From assembly GCA_001804285.1 (NCBI GenBank), contig MHFR01000037.1:149952-213951 (forward strand): a stretch of 64,000 nucleotides of DNA, in the 5' to 3' direction. Of this stretch, positions 45,384-55,409 are shown piece after piece. The translations under genes were made by a program, and so were the position numbers. The number at the start of each line of letters is the position of its first letter. Positions within the stretch are counted from its first letter, which is position 1. The notes beneath the pieces are model-generated. The model saw only the letters and a list, made by a program, of their open reading frames with translations, had not been told where the DNA came from and searched no databases. The stretch comes from Candidatus Danuiimicrobium aquiferis (GTDB taxonomy: Bacteria; Omnitrophota; Omnitrophia; Omnitrophales; Danuiimicrobiaceae).

Positions 45384-45442
45384 TTAAAAACTGAAAAATT
45401 ATAAATAACTATTACCTTAAAGTCAACCAAACTAACATTTTA

Positions 45443-46069
45443 TTATCGGCTTCCGGCCGCCAAAAATGAAGGGATGGTTATCAAGAGAAATGAGGTTTCT
45501 TTCATTTGCGAGTTATTGAACGAATACGGAAACTGCCCCTCGAAACACACATAATCCCCTTCTTTTACCACATACTCCTTTTTATCAAATTCAAGAATTA
45601 ACTTCCCGATAATAGACTGCGCAAAACAATGGCCTTTCGTTGCCAAAAGTTTCCGCTCAATTTTCGCTCCCGGTCTGAGGAGCACCTTGCCGACAAAATA
45701 ACCCGCTTCAATCGGTGTATAACAAATAATCCGGGCGCCGTTTTTCGGAAATTCAAGGACATGAACGCCTTTTTGATTACCGGTAAAAATGCGGTGGTCA
45801 CGCCCTTCTTCAATTTCAGAAAACAGGCTGGCAACAGAAATCCCTAAGGCTTGCGCAATCGAACACAGGAAACTAACGGAAGGATTCTTGACCCGGCCTT
45901 TCTCAATGGCATCCAAAGTTCCCGGCTGAATTCCGGCCGCTTTGGCTAAATCAATTTCTCTTAATTCTAAAGCGAGCCTTCTTCTTCGAATGACGTCTCC
46001 GGGATTAATGACAGAAGTTGCATGCACACGAGCCGGATGAGGTGTTTTAGATTGGATTTTTTTAGCCAT
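45443..46069 (-). CDS. XRE-family HTH regulator with a C-terminal cupin domain
   Basis: IRRRR...LAKAAGI...IEKGRVKNPS HTH, followed by a cupin-like GDYVCFEGQFPYSFNN. GGAGG Shine-Dalgarno upstream. Confidence 0.9.
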   Translation of the reverse strand: MAKKIQSKTPHPARVHATSVINPGDVIRRRRLALELREIDLAKAAGIQPGTLDAIEKGRVKNPSVSFLCSIAQALGISVASLFSEIEEGRDHRIFTGNQKGVHVLEFPKNGARIICYTPIEAGYFVGKVLLRPGAKIERKLLATKGHCFAQSIIGKLILEFDKKEYVVKEGDYVCFEGQFPYSFNNSQMKETSFLLITIPSFLAAGSR

Positions 46070-46151
46070 TCAATTCCTCCGCAAGAATCATAATATCTCC
46101 ATATTTCTTTTACAAATCACACCGAAGGGAAAAATCAAAAAATCTATTGTG

Positions 46152-46186
46152 AATAGTTTTATCTATTTACAATAGATAAAACTATT
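46152..46186. promoter_or_regulatory. Perfect inverted repeat with 16-bp arms, candidate operator
   Basis: aatagttttatctatt-tac-aatagataaaactatt, about 85 bp upstream of the XRE gene start. Confidence 0.6.
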
Positions 46187-46240
46187 ATAACTATATCCTC
46201 AACAGATAAGAATTACAAGGCTTCCGCGTGTGGAATTGTC

Positions 46241-46434
46241 GTATCTATTTAGCGTTTTGAAGTGGTGAACACGCCAGTTCGTGTCATGCCCGCATGCTTT
46301 CCCTCAGTAAAGCGAGGGCCGGCCCTATATTTCCAGGGAAGCGGGCACCCATAGTTGCTGGATTCCCTCTTTCGCGGGAATGACAAAGCATTAAAACCTT
46401 TACAGATAATAACTTCAAAACGCTAAACAAATAC
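46241..46434. mobile_element. MITE-like element with a REP core and a nested 38-bp insert
   Basis: gtatctatttagcgttttgaagt ... acttcaaaacgctaaacaaatac; colinear with 38591-38749 plus extra sequence at 46301-46338. Confidence 0.8.
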
Positions 46435-46456
46435 GAATTGTTGTTTATGGAACAAC

Positions 46457-46572
46457 GTGTCTGATTACCGCTTTGAAGAAATTAACAAATCCACCCTCAC
46501 CCCCGCCCTCTCCCTCGGGGAGAGGGTTAGGGTGAGGGGCAATAGTCAACTTCAGAACACCAAATAAAATAC
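46457..46572. mobile_element. Degenerate MITE-like element with a CCCTCACCC hairpin core
   Basis: Colinear with 42031-42134 (taacaaat..ccctcaccc..ggagagggttagggtgaggggc.atagtcaact). Confidence 0.75.
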
Positions 46573-46582
46573 CGTGCCTCAA

Positions 46583-48289
46583 TCAGTCCCGAAGCAATTC
46601 CTGAACCTTGCCCAAAACTTCGCTGATTGGAACGACGAGGCTTTCTTGCGAAGCACGTTTCTTAATTTCTATTACTCCTTTAACCAAATTTCTTTCACCT
46701 ACCACCACATGAAAAGGCGCTCCAACCAAGTCTGCGTCATTAAACTTCACACCGGCTCTTTCCTCACGGTCATCATAGAGACAGTCAATTCCGGCTTCGA
46801 TGAGTTTTGAATAAAGCTGATCAGCGGCTTCGCGTGTACCGTCATGGCTGTGATTGACTGTAAGCAGTTCTACTTGAAATGGCGCGACAGCAACGGGCCA
46901 TTTCATTCCCTTTGAGTCATTGTGCTGTTCAACAATCGCCGCCATGATTCGATTCACTCCCAAGCCATAGCATCCCATAATCACAAGTTTTTCCGCGCCC
47001 GAACTGTCTTTGTATTTAACATTCAAACATTCCGTATACCGCGTCCCGAGCTGAAAGACGTGCCCGACTTCCATCGCCGTAATGAGCAAAAGTTTATTTC
47101 CGCATTGCGCGCACAAATCCCCTTCCTGAACGAACCGGATATCTCCGGACTGGCTGTAATTAAAATCGCGCCCGACATTCACATGCTTCATATGTTTATC
47201 TTTTTGATTGGCACCCGTCACAAAATCCTGATCGAGCAACAGATCGGCATCAATGATAATCTTGACATCCCTAAGGCCGACCGGAGAAGCAAAACCAAGC
47301 GGAGCCCCTGTTACTTTTTCAATTTCTTTTGCGTTCGCAAGACACAGCTGTTTCGCGCCCAGCAAATTCCTGAGTTTCCCTTCATGCACTTCATGATCCC
47401 CCCGGACACAAGCAGCCACCGGATCACGGTCATTCATCATATAAATAATGGTTTTCATCAATTTCCGCGGCGCTATATGAAAATGTGTTGAAATATCATG
47501 AATTGTTTTCAGATTTGGCGTGTCAAAAATTTCAATTTTCGAACTCGTGGGCGGCGTTGTCTGTTTGGATAATTTTCTTGCCGCAATATCACGGCTCGTC
47601 ACCATCTTGCACGTTTCGCAAACCGCTAAATGATCTTCGCCATATTCTGAACGGACCATAAACTCATGAGAAACTTTTCCGCCCATAATTCCAGGATCAG
47701 CCGTAACAATATCGAAAGAAAGCCCGAGCCGCGTCAATATTTTTTGATACGCGTGATACATGTTCTGATAACTTTTTTTAAGGCCTTCTTCATCCGCGTC
47801 AAAACTATACGCATCTTTCATGATAAATTCTTTCGTCCGGATAATCCCGAATCGCGGCCGAAGCTCGTCTCGGAATTTGGTCTGAATTTGATAAAGCGTC
47901 TTCGGCAGCGCATGTTGCGTTTGAAGATAGGCGCCGGCAAGTTCCGTAATCACTTCCTCGTGCGTAGGGCCTAATACATATTCCGTCCCCGTCCGGTTCT
48001 TGAATGAAATTTTGTCCTCGCCCAGGGCATCGTAACGGCCGGTTTGTTTCCAAATCTCCGCCGGCTGAAGCGCCGGCAACAGAAGTTCAACCGCACCCGC
48101 ACTGTTCATTTCCTCGCGGATGATCCGGCAAATATTTTGAAGGACCCGAAAACCAAGCGGCAAATAGCTGTAAACGCCGGAAGAAAGCTTTCGAATATAG
48201 CCCGCTTTCAATAATAATTGATGACTTTTCGCTTCAGCTTCCTTGGGAATTTCGCGTAAAGTCGGTATTAAAATGGTTCCCCAACGCAT
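46583..48289 (-). CDS. proS: Proline--tRNA ligase
   Basis: SHQLLLKAGYIR, LGPTHEEVI, KFRDELRPRFG, editing insert and GCYGLG. Confidence 0.98.
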   Translation of the reverse strand: MRWGTILIPTLREIPKEAEAKSHQLLLKAGYIRKLSSGVYSYLPLGFRVLQNICRIIREEMNSAGAVELLLPALQPAEIWKQTGRYDALGEDKISFKNRTGTEYVLGPTHEEVITELAGAYLQTQHALPKTLYQIQTKFRDELRPRFGIIRTKEFIMKDAYSFDADEEGLKKSYQNMYHAYQKILTRLGLSFDIVTADPGIMGGKVSHEFMVRSEYGEDHLAVCETCKMVTSRDIAARKLSKQTTPPTSSKIEIFDTPNLKTIHDISTHFHIAPRKLMKTIIYMMNDRDPVAACVRGDHEVHEGKLRNLLGAKQLCLANAKEIEKVTGAPLGFASPVGLRDVKIIIDADLLLDQDFVTGANQKDKHMKHVNVGRDFNYSQSGDIRFVQEGDLCAQCGNKLLLITAMEVGHVFQLGTRYTECLNVKYKDSSGAEKLVIMGCYGLGVNRIMAAIVEQHNDSKGMKWPVAVAPFQVELLTVNHSHDGTREAADQLYSKLIEAGIDCLYDDREERAGVKFNDADLVGAPFHVVVGERNLVKGVIEIKKRASQESLVVPISEVLGKVQELLRD

Positions 48290-48325
48290 TTTTTTCTCTC
48301 CATATAAAAATTTTTATCAAAAAAT

Positions 48326-48389
48326 GTCATTCCCGAATGCTTTTATCGGGAATCTACAATTAATGGATTCCCGCTTTCGCGGGAATGAC
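48326..48389. repeat. REP-like palindrome GTCATTCCCG...GGGAATGAC
   Basis: gtcattcccgaatgcttttatcgggaatct...ggattcccgctttcgcgggaatgac, between rseP and proS. Confidence 0.85.
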
Positions 48390-48400
48390 ATCACATACCC

Positions 48401-49561
48401 TTATGACGGTTTCAGCATCATGAATAAGTGTTTAAGCTTCTCTACCACCCCGACATTGATCAGATCATTATAAAAAACTACCACCATGAGCACCATCAAC
48501 AGATAAAACCCGTAGGTCGTAATCCGTTCCTGGACCGGAATGCTGACCGGTCGACGGAAAATCCATTCGATCAGAAGAAAAACCAAGTGCCCTCCGTCAA
48601 GCGCCGGGATCGGCAGCAAATTAATGACCGCAAGCGAAATACTCAGAAGCGCGGTAAATTGCAAAACCGCATCTACTCCCAGCTTCACCACATCGCCGGC
48701 CATTTTGACAATGACAATCGGGCCGCTCAGGGATTTGATCGACATTCGCCCCGTAAATAGCCGAAAGAGCGCTTCATAAGTCAGCCCTGCCAAATTCGCC
48801 GTTATTCTTGCCGCTTCAATCGTTGCCTGTGGAAATTTTAATTTCTCAATCGCAACACTTTCCGAAGACGGCAGAATCCCGACACGCGGCATCTGCTTCT
48901 TCGTTCCGAACATATCCGGCGCCTGTTCGTAAATGGGTTCAACCATAATGGTTTTGATTTCTTCGCTGCGGCGCACGGAAAATTCGATTTGCTTGGTATT
49001 AATTTTCGAAAGCTGAAAAGTCAAATCCTGCCAGTCCTTCACGGATTTGCCGTTCAACCGGGTCACCACATCGCCGAGCATTAATCCGCTTTTTTGCGCA
49101 GGATATCCATCGATCATTTTTCCGATTTTTGCCGAGGTAATCGACCTCCCCATACAAAGAACCATAACAAAAATCAGATAAGCGAATAAATAATTCATCG
49201 CGACACCCGAGACAACGATAAAAATCCTCCGCCAAACGATCGCGCTTAAATAATCTCCTTCTACTTCACCTTTTCCTCGAGTTTTAACATCTTCTTCCGT
49301 CTCTCCCTGAGGTTTAACAAAGCCGCCGATTGGAATAAGTGAAAGAGAATAACGGGTTCGCTTTCCCTGGAATGAGAAAAGCTCGGGCCCGAATCCGATC
49401 GAAAATTTCTGGACTCCGACACCCGACAACCGGCAGGCAATAAAATGCCCCAACTCATGGATCGCAATTAAAACGCCCAAAATCAATAAGGTCGGAACGA
49501 TTTGTAAAAGAAAATGAATCAACCAACTTAACATAACGCCTCTGCTTTCTCGCGAGCCCAA
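48401..49561 (-). CDS. rseP: RIP metalloprotease RseP (true start probably slightly downstream)
   Basis: HELGH, FSIGFGP, a PDZ domain and NLLPIPALDGG. Confidence 0.96.
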   Translation of the reverse strand: MGSRESRGVMLSWLIHFLLQIVPTLLILGVLIAIHELGHFIACRLSGVGVQKFSIGFGPELFSFQGKRTRYSLSLIPIGGFVKPQGETEEDVKTRGKGEVEGDYLSAIVWRRIFIVVSGVAMNYLFAYLIFVMVLCMGRSITSAKIGKMIDGYPAQKSGLMLGDVVTRLNGKSVKDWQDLTFQLSKINTKQIEFSVRRSEEIKTIMVEPIYEQAPDMFGTKKQMPRVGILPSSESVAIEKLKFPQATIEAARITANLAGLTYEALFRLFTGRMSIKSLSGPIVIVKMAGDVVKLGVDAVLQFTALLSISLAVINLLPIPALDGGHLVFLLIEWIFRRPVSIPVQERITTYGFYLLMVLMVVVFYNDLINVGVVEKLKHLFMMLKPS

Positions 49562-50670
49562 TGATCAATGCACAGAATTTCGTCAAGCGACGAATGTGCC
49601 ACGCAACGGTGTTTGGCCATCACGCCTTCAATAATCTTGGGGATCACATCAAATGAAATCCGTTCGTTTAAAAACCACTGAACCGCCACTTCGTTTGCCG
49701 CATTTAAAACTATCGGCATTGTCCCGCCTTTCCGAATAGCTTCATAGCCCAGCCGGAGGCACGGAAATTTCTTTAGATCCGGTTTGTAAAAATGAAACGG
49801 TCCGGTGTTTGCCAAATCAAGCGACGGTAATAAATTCTGAAGCCGTTCCGGATAACTCATTGCATACTGGATCGGAAGGCGCATATCCGGTATCCCAAGC
49901 TGAGCAAGCTGTGCGCCGTCAACAAATTCAATCATGGCATGAATCATCGCTTCGGGATGAATAAGCACTTCAATCCGGTCCGGTGAAACACCGAAAAGAT
50001 GTGCAGCTTCAATCACTTCGAGCCCTTTATTCATCATGGTAGCAGAATCAATTGTAATTTTGGGCCCCATTTTCCATTTCGGATGTTCAAGCGCTTTTTG
50101 CTTAGTCACTTTCCGAAAATCAACTTTTTTCCCAAAAAATGGCCCGCCGGATGCGGTTAAAATTAATTTCCGGACCGTTTTCGCGTCGCGTCCCTGCAAA
50201 CACTGCCAAAGCCCCGAGTGTTCACTATCAATAGGAAGAACGGTCGCGCCGGATTTTTTCGCTTCTGCCATCAACAATCCACCCGCCATCACCAGCGGCT
50301 CTTTATTTGCAATCGCGACACGTTTTCCCGCCGAAACAGCTGCGAGCATCGGTTTTAATCCGACGGCACCGACTATAGAAAAGATGACCTGGTCAGCGCC
50401 CCGAAACGTGCTCGCTTCAATCAAGCCGCTTTCGCCCGTCACAACGCGGATATGAAGCGGCTTCAGTTTTCGCTCAAGCTCGAAAACAGTTTCATTTTCA
50501 AATAAACAAACGAGTTTCGGCCTGTATTTTTTCGCCTGTTCAAAAAGGAGTTCCGTATTTCGCCGCGCCGCAAGCACCGCTACTTTAAATTCTTTCGGGT
50601 GTTCATCAATCACACGAAGCGCATTCACTCCGATAGAACCTGTTGAACCCAATATCGCGATTTGTTTCAT
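49528..50670 (-). CDS. dxr: 1-deoxy-D-xylulose-5-phosphate reductoisomerase
   Basis: LGSTGSIG, ANKE, PIDSEH and HPKWKMGPKITIDSA. Confidence 0.98.
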   Translation of the reverse strand: MKQIAILGSTGSIGVNALRVIDEHPKEFKVAVLAARRNTELLFEQAKKYRPKLVCLFENETVFELERKLKPLHIRVVTGESGLIEASTFRGADQVIFSIVGAVGLKPMLAAVSAGKRVAIANKEPLVMAGGLLMAEAKKSGATVLPIDSEHSGLWQCLQGRDAKTVRKLILTASGGPFFGKKVDFRKVTKQKALEHPKWKMGPKITIDSATMMNKGLEVIEAAHLFGVSPDRIEVLIHPEAMIHAMIEFVDGAQLAQLGIPDMRLPIQYAMSYPERLQNLLPSLDLANTGPFHFYKPDLKKFPCLRLGYEAIRKGGTMPIVLNAANEVAVQWFLNERISFDVIPKIIEGVMAKHRCVAHSSLDEILCIDHWAREKAEALC

Positions 50671-50671
50671 T

Positions 50672-51490
50672 TTATTTCACGGCAGAAAGGTCTAAAATAA
50701 CCGTTAGGTAATAATATAAAACGGGAATGGTGAGTAACAGACTATCAATCACGTCCAATATTCCGCCGAGCCCGGGAATAATTCCCGAATCCTTGATGTT
50801 CGCGTCACGCTTCAAGAGGCTTTCCGCCAAATCTCCAAACTGGCCCAAAATTCCAAGAACAAATCCTAAAATGGCCAAATCCATAAAATGGATTTCGGGT
50901 AAATAAAATTTTGCCGTCAAAGAACAAAGCATCGTCATCACAAAACCGGCAATCGCCCCTTCAATTGATTTGTTCGGGCTGATATGAACGATATATTTAT
51001 GGACTCCGTACTTCCGGCCGACAAAAAAAGCGGCCGCATCGCCCATTTTCAGCATAAACAGCAAGTAAAATATCCACCATGAACCGTCGGGAAGTGACCG
51101 AATCTGACTGATAAATGAGAAAAACCATCCCACATAAATAATTCCAAACAATGTCACGGCCGTGCTGACAAGCGCGTTCTCGCGGAGTTTTCGATGAAAA
51201 TTAAAAATAAAAATACAAAGTACGGCTATCGTCAGAATCATCGTTTTTGTCGGAAGGGTCATCGGAAGCGAAAGCAGCGCCGCAAAAAAGACCCCCAGAT
51301 ACCGGTTGATCACAAGGCCTTTCCGTTCGGCTAAATTGAAATATTCAAGAAGCCCGATAACGATAATGACTTCCGTAACGGCCAAAAAAATCAAAGTGGA
51401 GGCGTAAAAAATCGCATACGAAGTAGCAATGATGATGAAAAGGGATGAGATGAGTCTTTTTTCAAGTTGCGTCATTTTTTCGAAAATCAT
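50672..51490 (-). CDS. cdsA: Phosphatidate cytidylyltransferase
   Basis: ISPNKSIEG and GDLAESLLKR..IKDSG.IPG.GG.LD. Confidence 0.96.
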   Translation of the reverse strand: MIFEKMTQLEKRLISSLFIIIATSYAIFYASTLIFLAVTEVIIVIGLLEYFNLAERKGLVINRYLGVFFAALLSLPMTLPTKTMILTIAVLCIFIFNFHRKLRENALVSTAVTLFGIIYVGWFFSFISQIRSLPDGSWWIFYLLFMLKMGDAAAFFVGRKYGVHKYIVHISPNKSIEGAIAGFVMTMLCSLTAKFYLPEIHFMDLAILGFVLGILGQFGDLAESLLKRDANIKDSGIIPGLGGILDVIDSLLLTIPVLYYYLTVILDLSAVK

Positions 51491-52227
51491 ACCGATTTAC
51501 ACCGTTCCGTCCGCCCGAACCGTCGCTCACGCCGCTGATAATCTTTTAACGCTTCGAGAAAATCTTCCTTTGTGAAATCTGGCCAAAATTTCGGACTGAC
51601 ATAAATTTCCGCATATGAAATCTGCCATAGAAGAAAATTGCTGACACGCATTTCTCCACTCGTACGAATCAATAGATCCGGATCGGGCAGATTCGCTGTA
51701 TAAAGCGCGCGGGAAACGCAATCCTCATTGATCTCGCTGTAATTTAATTCATTCCGGACAACTTTTTCACACAATTTCTTGATCGCATCGATCATTTCCA
51801 CACGGCTGGAATAACTTAACGCAAGCGTCAAAAGCAATCCCGGTTCATTTTTTGTGTCCTCAACCGTCTTCCGTATTTTCTCTTGAATTTGACCGGGGAG
51901 ATCTTCGATTCTTCCGATGACATTAAAACGAACTCGATTTTTTCGCAATTCCTTAATTTCTAAATCTAAATATTGCGATAATAGATTCATCAAAAAACCG
52001 ACTTCATCTTTTGGCCGATTCCAATTTTCTTTTGAAAAAGCATAAAGTGTTAAATATCGGACCCCCTGATCGCTTGCCGTCCGGACAATCTCGCGGATCG
52101 TATCGACACCTTTTTGATGCCCCATGATACGGGGCATCCCGCGCTGTTTGGCCCAGCGGCCGTTGCCGTCCATAATGATCGCAACATGTTTCGGAATCTC
52201 GTTTAAAATTTCCCGGTCATTTCCCAT
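51487..52227 (-). CDS. uppS: Undecaprenyl diphosphate synthase (isoprenyl transferase)
   Basis: HVAIIMDGNGRWA, FSKENWNRP and DLLIRTSGE.RVSNFLLWQ. Confidence 0.98.
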   Translation of the reverse strand: MGNDREILNEIPKHVAIIMDGNGRWAKQRGMPRIMGHQKGVDTIREIVRTASDQGVRYLTLYAFSKENWNRPKDEVGFLMNLLSQYLDLEIKELRKNRVRFNVIGRIEDLPGQIQEKIRKTVEDTKNEPGLLLTLALSYSSRVEMIDAIKKLCEKVVRNELNYSEINEDCVSRALYTANLPDPDLLIRTSGEMRVSNFLLWQISYAEIYVSPKFWPDFTKEDFLEALKDYQRRERRFGRTERCKSV

Positions 52228-53518
52228 CGATAAATATGGTTTGTAAACGTTCGGATCCTATGGAAACGATTGAAATCCGTGTTTCAAGCATATCTTCAAG
52301 GCGTGTCAAATATGATTTCGCTTTTGCGGGCAATTTCTTCCATTCTCGAATGTGCGATGTTTGTTCGAGCCAGCCGGGACACTCAACATACACCGGCTTC
52401 GCATGCGCGAGGACCTCTTGATCCGCCGGAAAATTTCGAAATTGTTTTCCTTTATATTGATATGCCACACAAATTTTTATGGTCGGAAGCGTATCTAACA
52501 CATCAAGTTTCGTCACAGCCATTTTGCTCAAGCCATTCACCAACACGGAATGTTTCACTAAAAGCGCATCAAACCAGCCGCAACGGCGAGGGCGTCCCGT
52601 CGTCGCCCCGAATTCCTCACCCAGCTCACGGACCATCGCCATTAAAGCCGGCGGAAATTCCGTCGGAAAAGGCCCTTCGCCGACGCGTGTCGTATACGCC
52701 TTTACAACACCGATCACTTCCTCAATATGGGCCGGACTCAAGCCCGTCCCGGTAATGGCTCCTCCGGCGGACGCGTTCGAAGATGTCACATACGGATAAG
52801 TCCCATGGTCAACATCAAGATGCGTTCCCTGCGCGCCTTCAAAAAGAATCCTCTTTTTTGCGCGATGCGCTTCGGCAAGTAACAGTTCGGTACTGCAGAC
52901 AAACGGCGATAGACGATCGCGATAATGCGTATATTCTCTATGAATTTTCGAAAAAGAAAATGGCTGATGCCGATAAACCGCTTGGAGGATATGGTTCTGC
53001 TCTTTTAATACATAAGTAAGCCGGTCTCGAAACACTTTCGGATTCATCAAATCCGCAACGCGAATGCCTAAACGATCCGCTTTATCCGCATAACAAGGGC
53101 CTATTCCGCGTTTCGTCGTCCCGATTTTTCCGCTTCCTTTCTGCCCTTCCCTCAACTGATCCAGCAAACGGTGATACGGAAAAATTAAATGTGCGCGGTC
53201 ACTCACAAACAACCGGTTCTTAACGAAAACATTGCTCTCCCGCAATATTTCAATCTCATGAAAAAATGCTTCAAGATCAATCACCACCCCATTTCCGATC
53301 ACGCATTTCTTACCGGGATGTAGGATTCCGGAAGGAAGCAGATGAAGAATAAATTTTTTATCACCGTAACGCACCGTATGGCCGGCATTATTTCCGCCCT
53401 GATAACGGACAATGATATCGCTATTTTCCGTTAGTAAATCAATGATCTTCCCTTTTCCTTCATCACCCCATTGAGCGCCAACGAGAATCGTTGTCCGTTT
53501 CATGATGTTTTTAGGCAT
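52217..53518 (-). CDS. purA: Adenylosuccinate synthetase
   Basis: QWGDEGKGK, GGNNAGHT, FEGAQG and GATTGRPRRCGW. Confidence 0.98.
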   Translation of the reverse strand: MPKNIMKRTTILVGAQWGDEGKGKIIDLLTENSDIIVRYQGGNNAGHTVRYGDKKFILHLLPSGILHPGKKCVIGNGVVIDLEAFFHEIEILRESNVFVKNRLFVSDRAHLIFPYHRLLDQLREGQKGSGKIGTTKRGIGPCYADKADRLGIRVADLMNPKVFRDRLTYVLKEQNHILQAVYRHQPFSFSKIHREYTHYRDRLSPFVCSTELLLAEAHRAKKRILFEGAQGTHLDVDHGTYPYVTSSNASAGGAITGTGLSPAHIEEVIGVVKAYTTRVGEGPFPTEFPPALMAMVRELGEEFGATTGRPRRCGWFDALLVKHSVLVNGLSKMAVTKLDVLDTLPTIKICVAYQYKGKQFRNFPADQEVLAHAKPVYVECPGWLEQTSHIREWKKLPAKAKSYLTRLEDMLETRISIVSIGSERLQTIFIDGK

Positions 53519-53646
53519 GAAAAACGTCCTTTGTGTAATTTATGTTTCAATTTAAATTTCAGTTCATTCTATGATCTTTTTCTAATCAAATCCGGACACA
53601 AACAACTCACGCCCGATTAAACCTTCAACCGGCCGTTCGTCTCTAA

Positions 53647-55260
53647 TTAAAAATGAATCACTTTCGCATCTATAATTGGAGGAACCGCTTTGAGTTCATC
53701 CAAAACAGCGGCGGGAATATCCTGATCGGTGTTAATGACAGTCATTGCGTATGCCTTGCCTTTTTTTTCTACGCGTCCCAATGTCATTTCGGCAATATTA
53801 ATTTTATTCTTACCGAGCACACTTCCAATCGTCCCCACGACACCCGGGAGATCTTCGTTATGAATGGAGAGCACCACGCCTCTCGGAATCATTTCAAGAA
53901 AAAACTCGTTAATCCGGACAATTCGGGGTTCGCGTTTTCCAAAAAGCGTTCCCATGACCGAATTCGTTTGCCCGTCCATTTTCACTTCCACCGTAATAAA
54001 TGAGGAGAAGTCTTCAACTTGCGTTGTTTTGCTCTCACTAACAGCAATCCCACGCTCTTTTGCAATCGCCGGCGCATTCACAAAATTAACAATTCCGTCA
54101 CAAACTTTTTCGAGCAGTCCCTTGAGAACCGCGATCGTCAGTGGCGCCATATTATAATTCGTAATCTCACCGCCATAACGAATGCTCACTTCTTGGAAAC
54201 GCCCGCCGAAAAGCTGCGCCTGCATGAGGCCAAGACACTCAGCCAAACGAATCCATGGTTTAAGGACTCGGAGTGTTTCCTGGTCAACTGAAGGCATATT
54301 CACGGCATTGCGAATTCCGCGTTCTAAAAGCGCATCCGCAACCTGCTGAGCAACTGCAATCGCAACATTTTCCTGCGCTTCTTCGGTAGAGGCCCCAAGA
54401 TGAGGAGTCGCGATAACGTGATCAAGTACCAAGAGAGGATTATTCTCGGGCGGCTCTTTTGCAAACACGTCTAAGGCCGCACCTTTGACTTGTCCCGATT
54501 GAATCGCATCACAAAGCGCTTGTTCATCGACCAGCCCGCCGCGTGCGCAATTGATAATCGAAACGCCTTTTTTCATTTTGGCAATCGATCCGGCATTAAT
54601 GATATTTTTCGTGTCATCATTTTTGGGAACATGCAAAGTAATAAAATCTGCCTGACGGAACACCGTGTCTAAATCAACAACTTCAATCCCGAGCTGCCCG
54701 ACATTTTCCGCTGAAATATAAGGGTCATACCCAATCACGCGCATTCCGAATGCAATCGCACGTTTCGCCACTTCCCGTCCGATTCGTCCCAATCCAATAA
54801 CACCCAATGTTTTCTCATTGAGTTCCGTTCCCATAAATTGGGCCCGCTTCCATTCGCCTTTGTGAATACTTTCATTGGCTTGCGCAATGTTTCTCGCAAG
54901 CGCCATCAACATTGAAAACGAATGTTCCGCTGTTGAAATCGTATTTCCGTCCGGCGTATTCATCACCACAATTCCCTGCTTTGTCGCTGTAGGCATATCC
55001 ACATTATCAACACCCACCCCTGCGCGCCCGACCAAAGTCAAACGCTTGGCAGCTTCAAGAATATCCTTCGTCATCTGAGTTCCGGAGCGAATCACAATCG
55101 CATCGTACTCGCCGATAATCGCTTTTAATTCTTCCGGCTTAAGACCCGGCTTATTATCCACCTGGAATTCCGGTTCTTTCTTGAGAATGTTTAAACCGCC
55201 TTCGCCAAGTTTATCACTGACTAAAATTTTAAATTGCTTCTTCTCGGTCATAGTCGTCAT
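53647..55260 (-). CDS. serA: D-3-phosphoglycerate dehydrogenase (ASB+ACT type)
   Basis: GRAGVGVDN, GLGRIG and TPHLGAST, with a C-terminal ACT domain. I re-called the start at 55260 (MTTMTEKK, Shine-Dalgarno AAGGAAGG) because the ORF-track extension runs through a REP element. Confidence 0.96.
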   Translation of the reverse strand: MTTMTEKKQFKILVSDKLGEGGLNILKKEPEFQVDNKPGLKPEELKAIIGEYDAIVIRSGTQMTKDILEAAKRLTLVGRAGVGVDNVDMPTATKQGIVVMNTPDGNTISTAEHSFSMLMALARNIAQANESIHKGEWKRAQFMGTELNEKTLGVIGLGRIGREVAKRAIAFGMRVIGYDPYISAENVGQLGIEVVDLDTVFRQADFITLHVPKNDDTKNIINAGSIAKMKKGVSIINCARGGLVDEQALCDAIQSGQVKGAALDVFAKEPPENNPLLVLDHVIATPHLGASTEEAQENVAIAVAQQVADALLERGIRNAVNMPSVDQETLRVLKPWIRLAECLGLMQAQLFGGRFQEVSIRYGGEITNYNMAPLTIAVLKGLLEKVCDGIVNFVNAPAIAKERGIAVSESKTTQVEDFSSFITVEVKMDGQTNSVMGTLFGKREPRIVRINEFFLEMIPRGVVLSIHNEDLPGVVGTIGSVLGKNKINIAEMTLGRVEKKGKAYAMTVINTDQDIPAAVLDELKAVPPIIDAKVIHF

Positions 55261-55302
55261 GGTTTCACACCTTCCTTTTTTACTCAACCTGACCGGTTTT
55301 TT

Positions 55303-55409
55303 GTCATTCCCGCAAGTTTTAAGCGGGAATCTAAGGTTGTAGATTCCCGACAACCCCGGAAAAGCTGGGGTCGGCCCTTTCTTTCCCAAGGGAAGCTTTC
55401 GGGAATGAC
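55303..55409. repeat. REP-like palindrome with a nested 39-bp insert
   Basis: gtcattcccgcaagttttaagcgggaatct...ttcgggaatgac, with the insert at 55354-55392. Confidence 0.85.
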
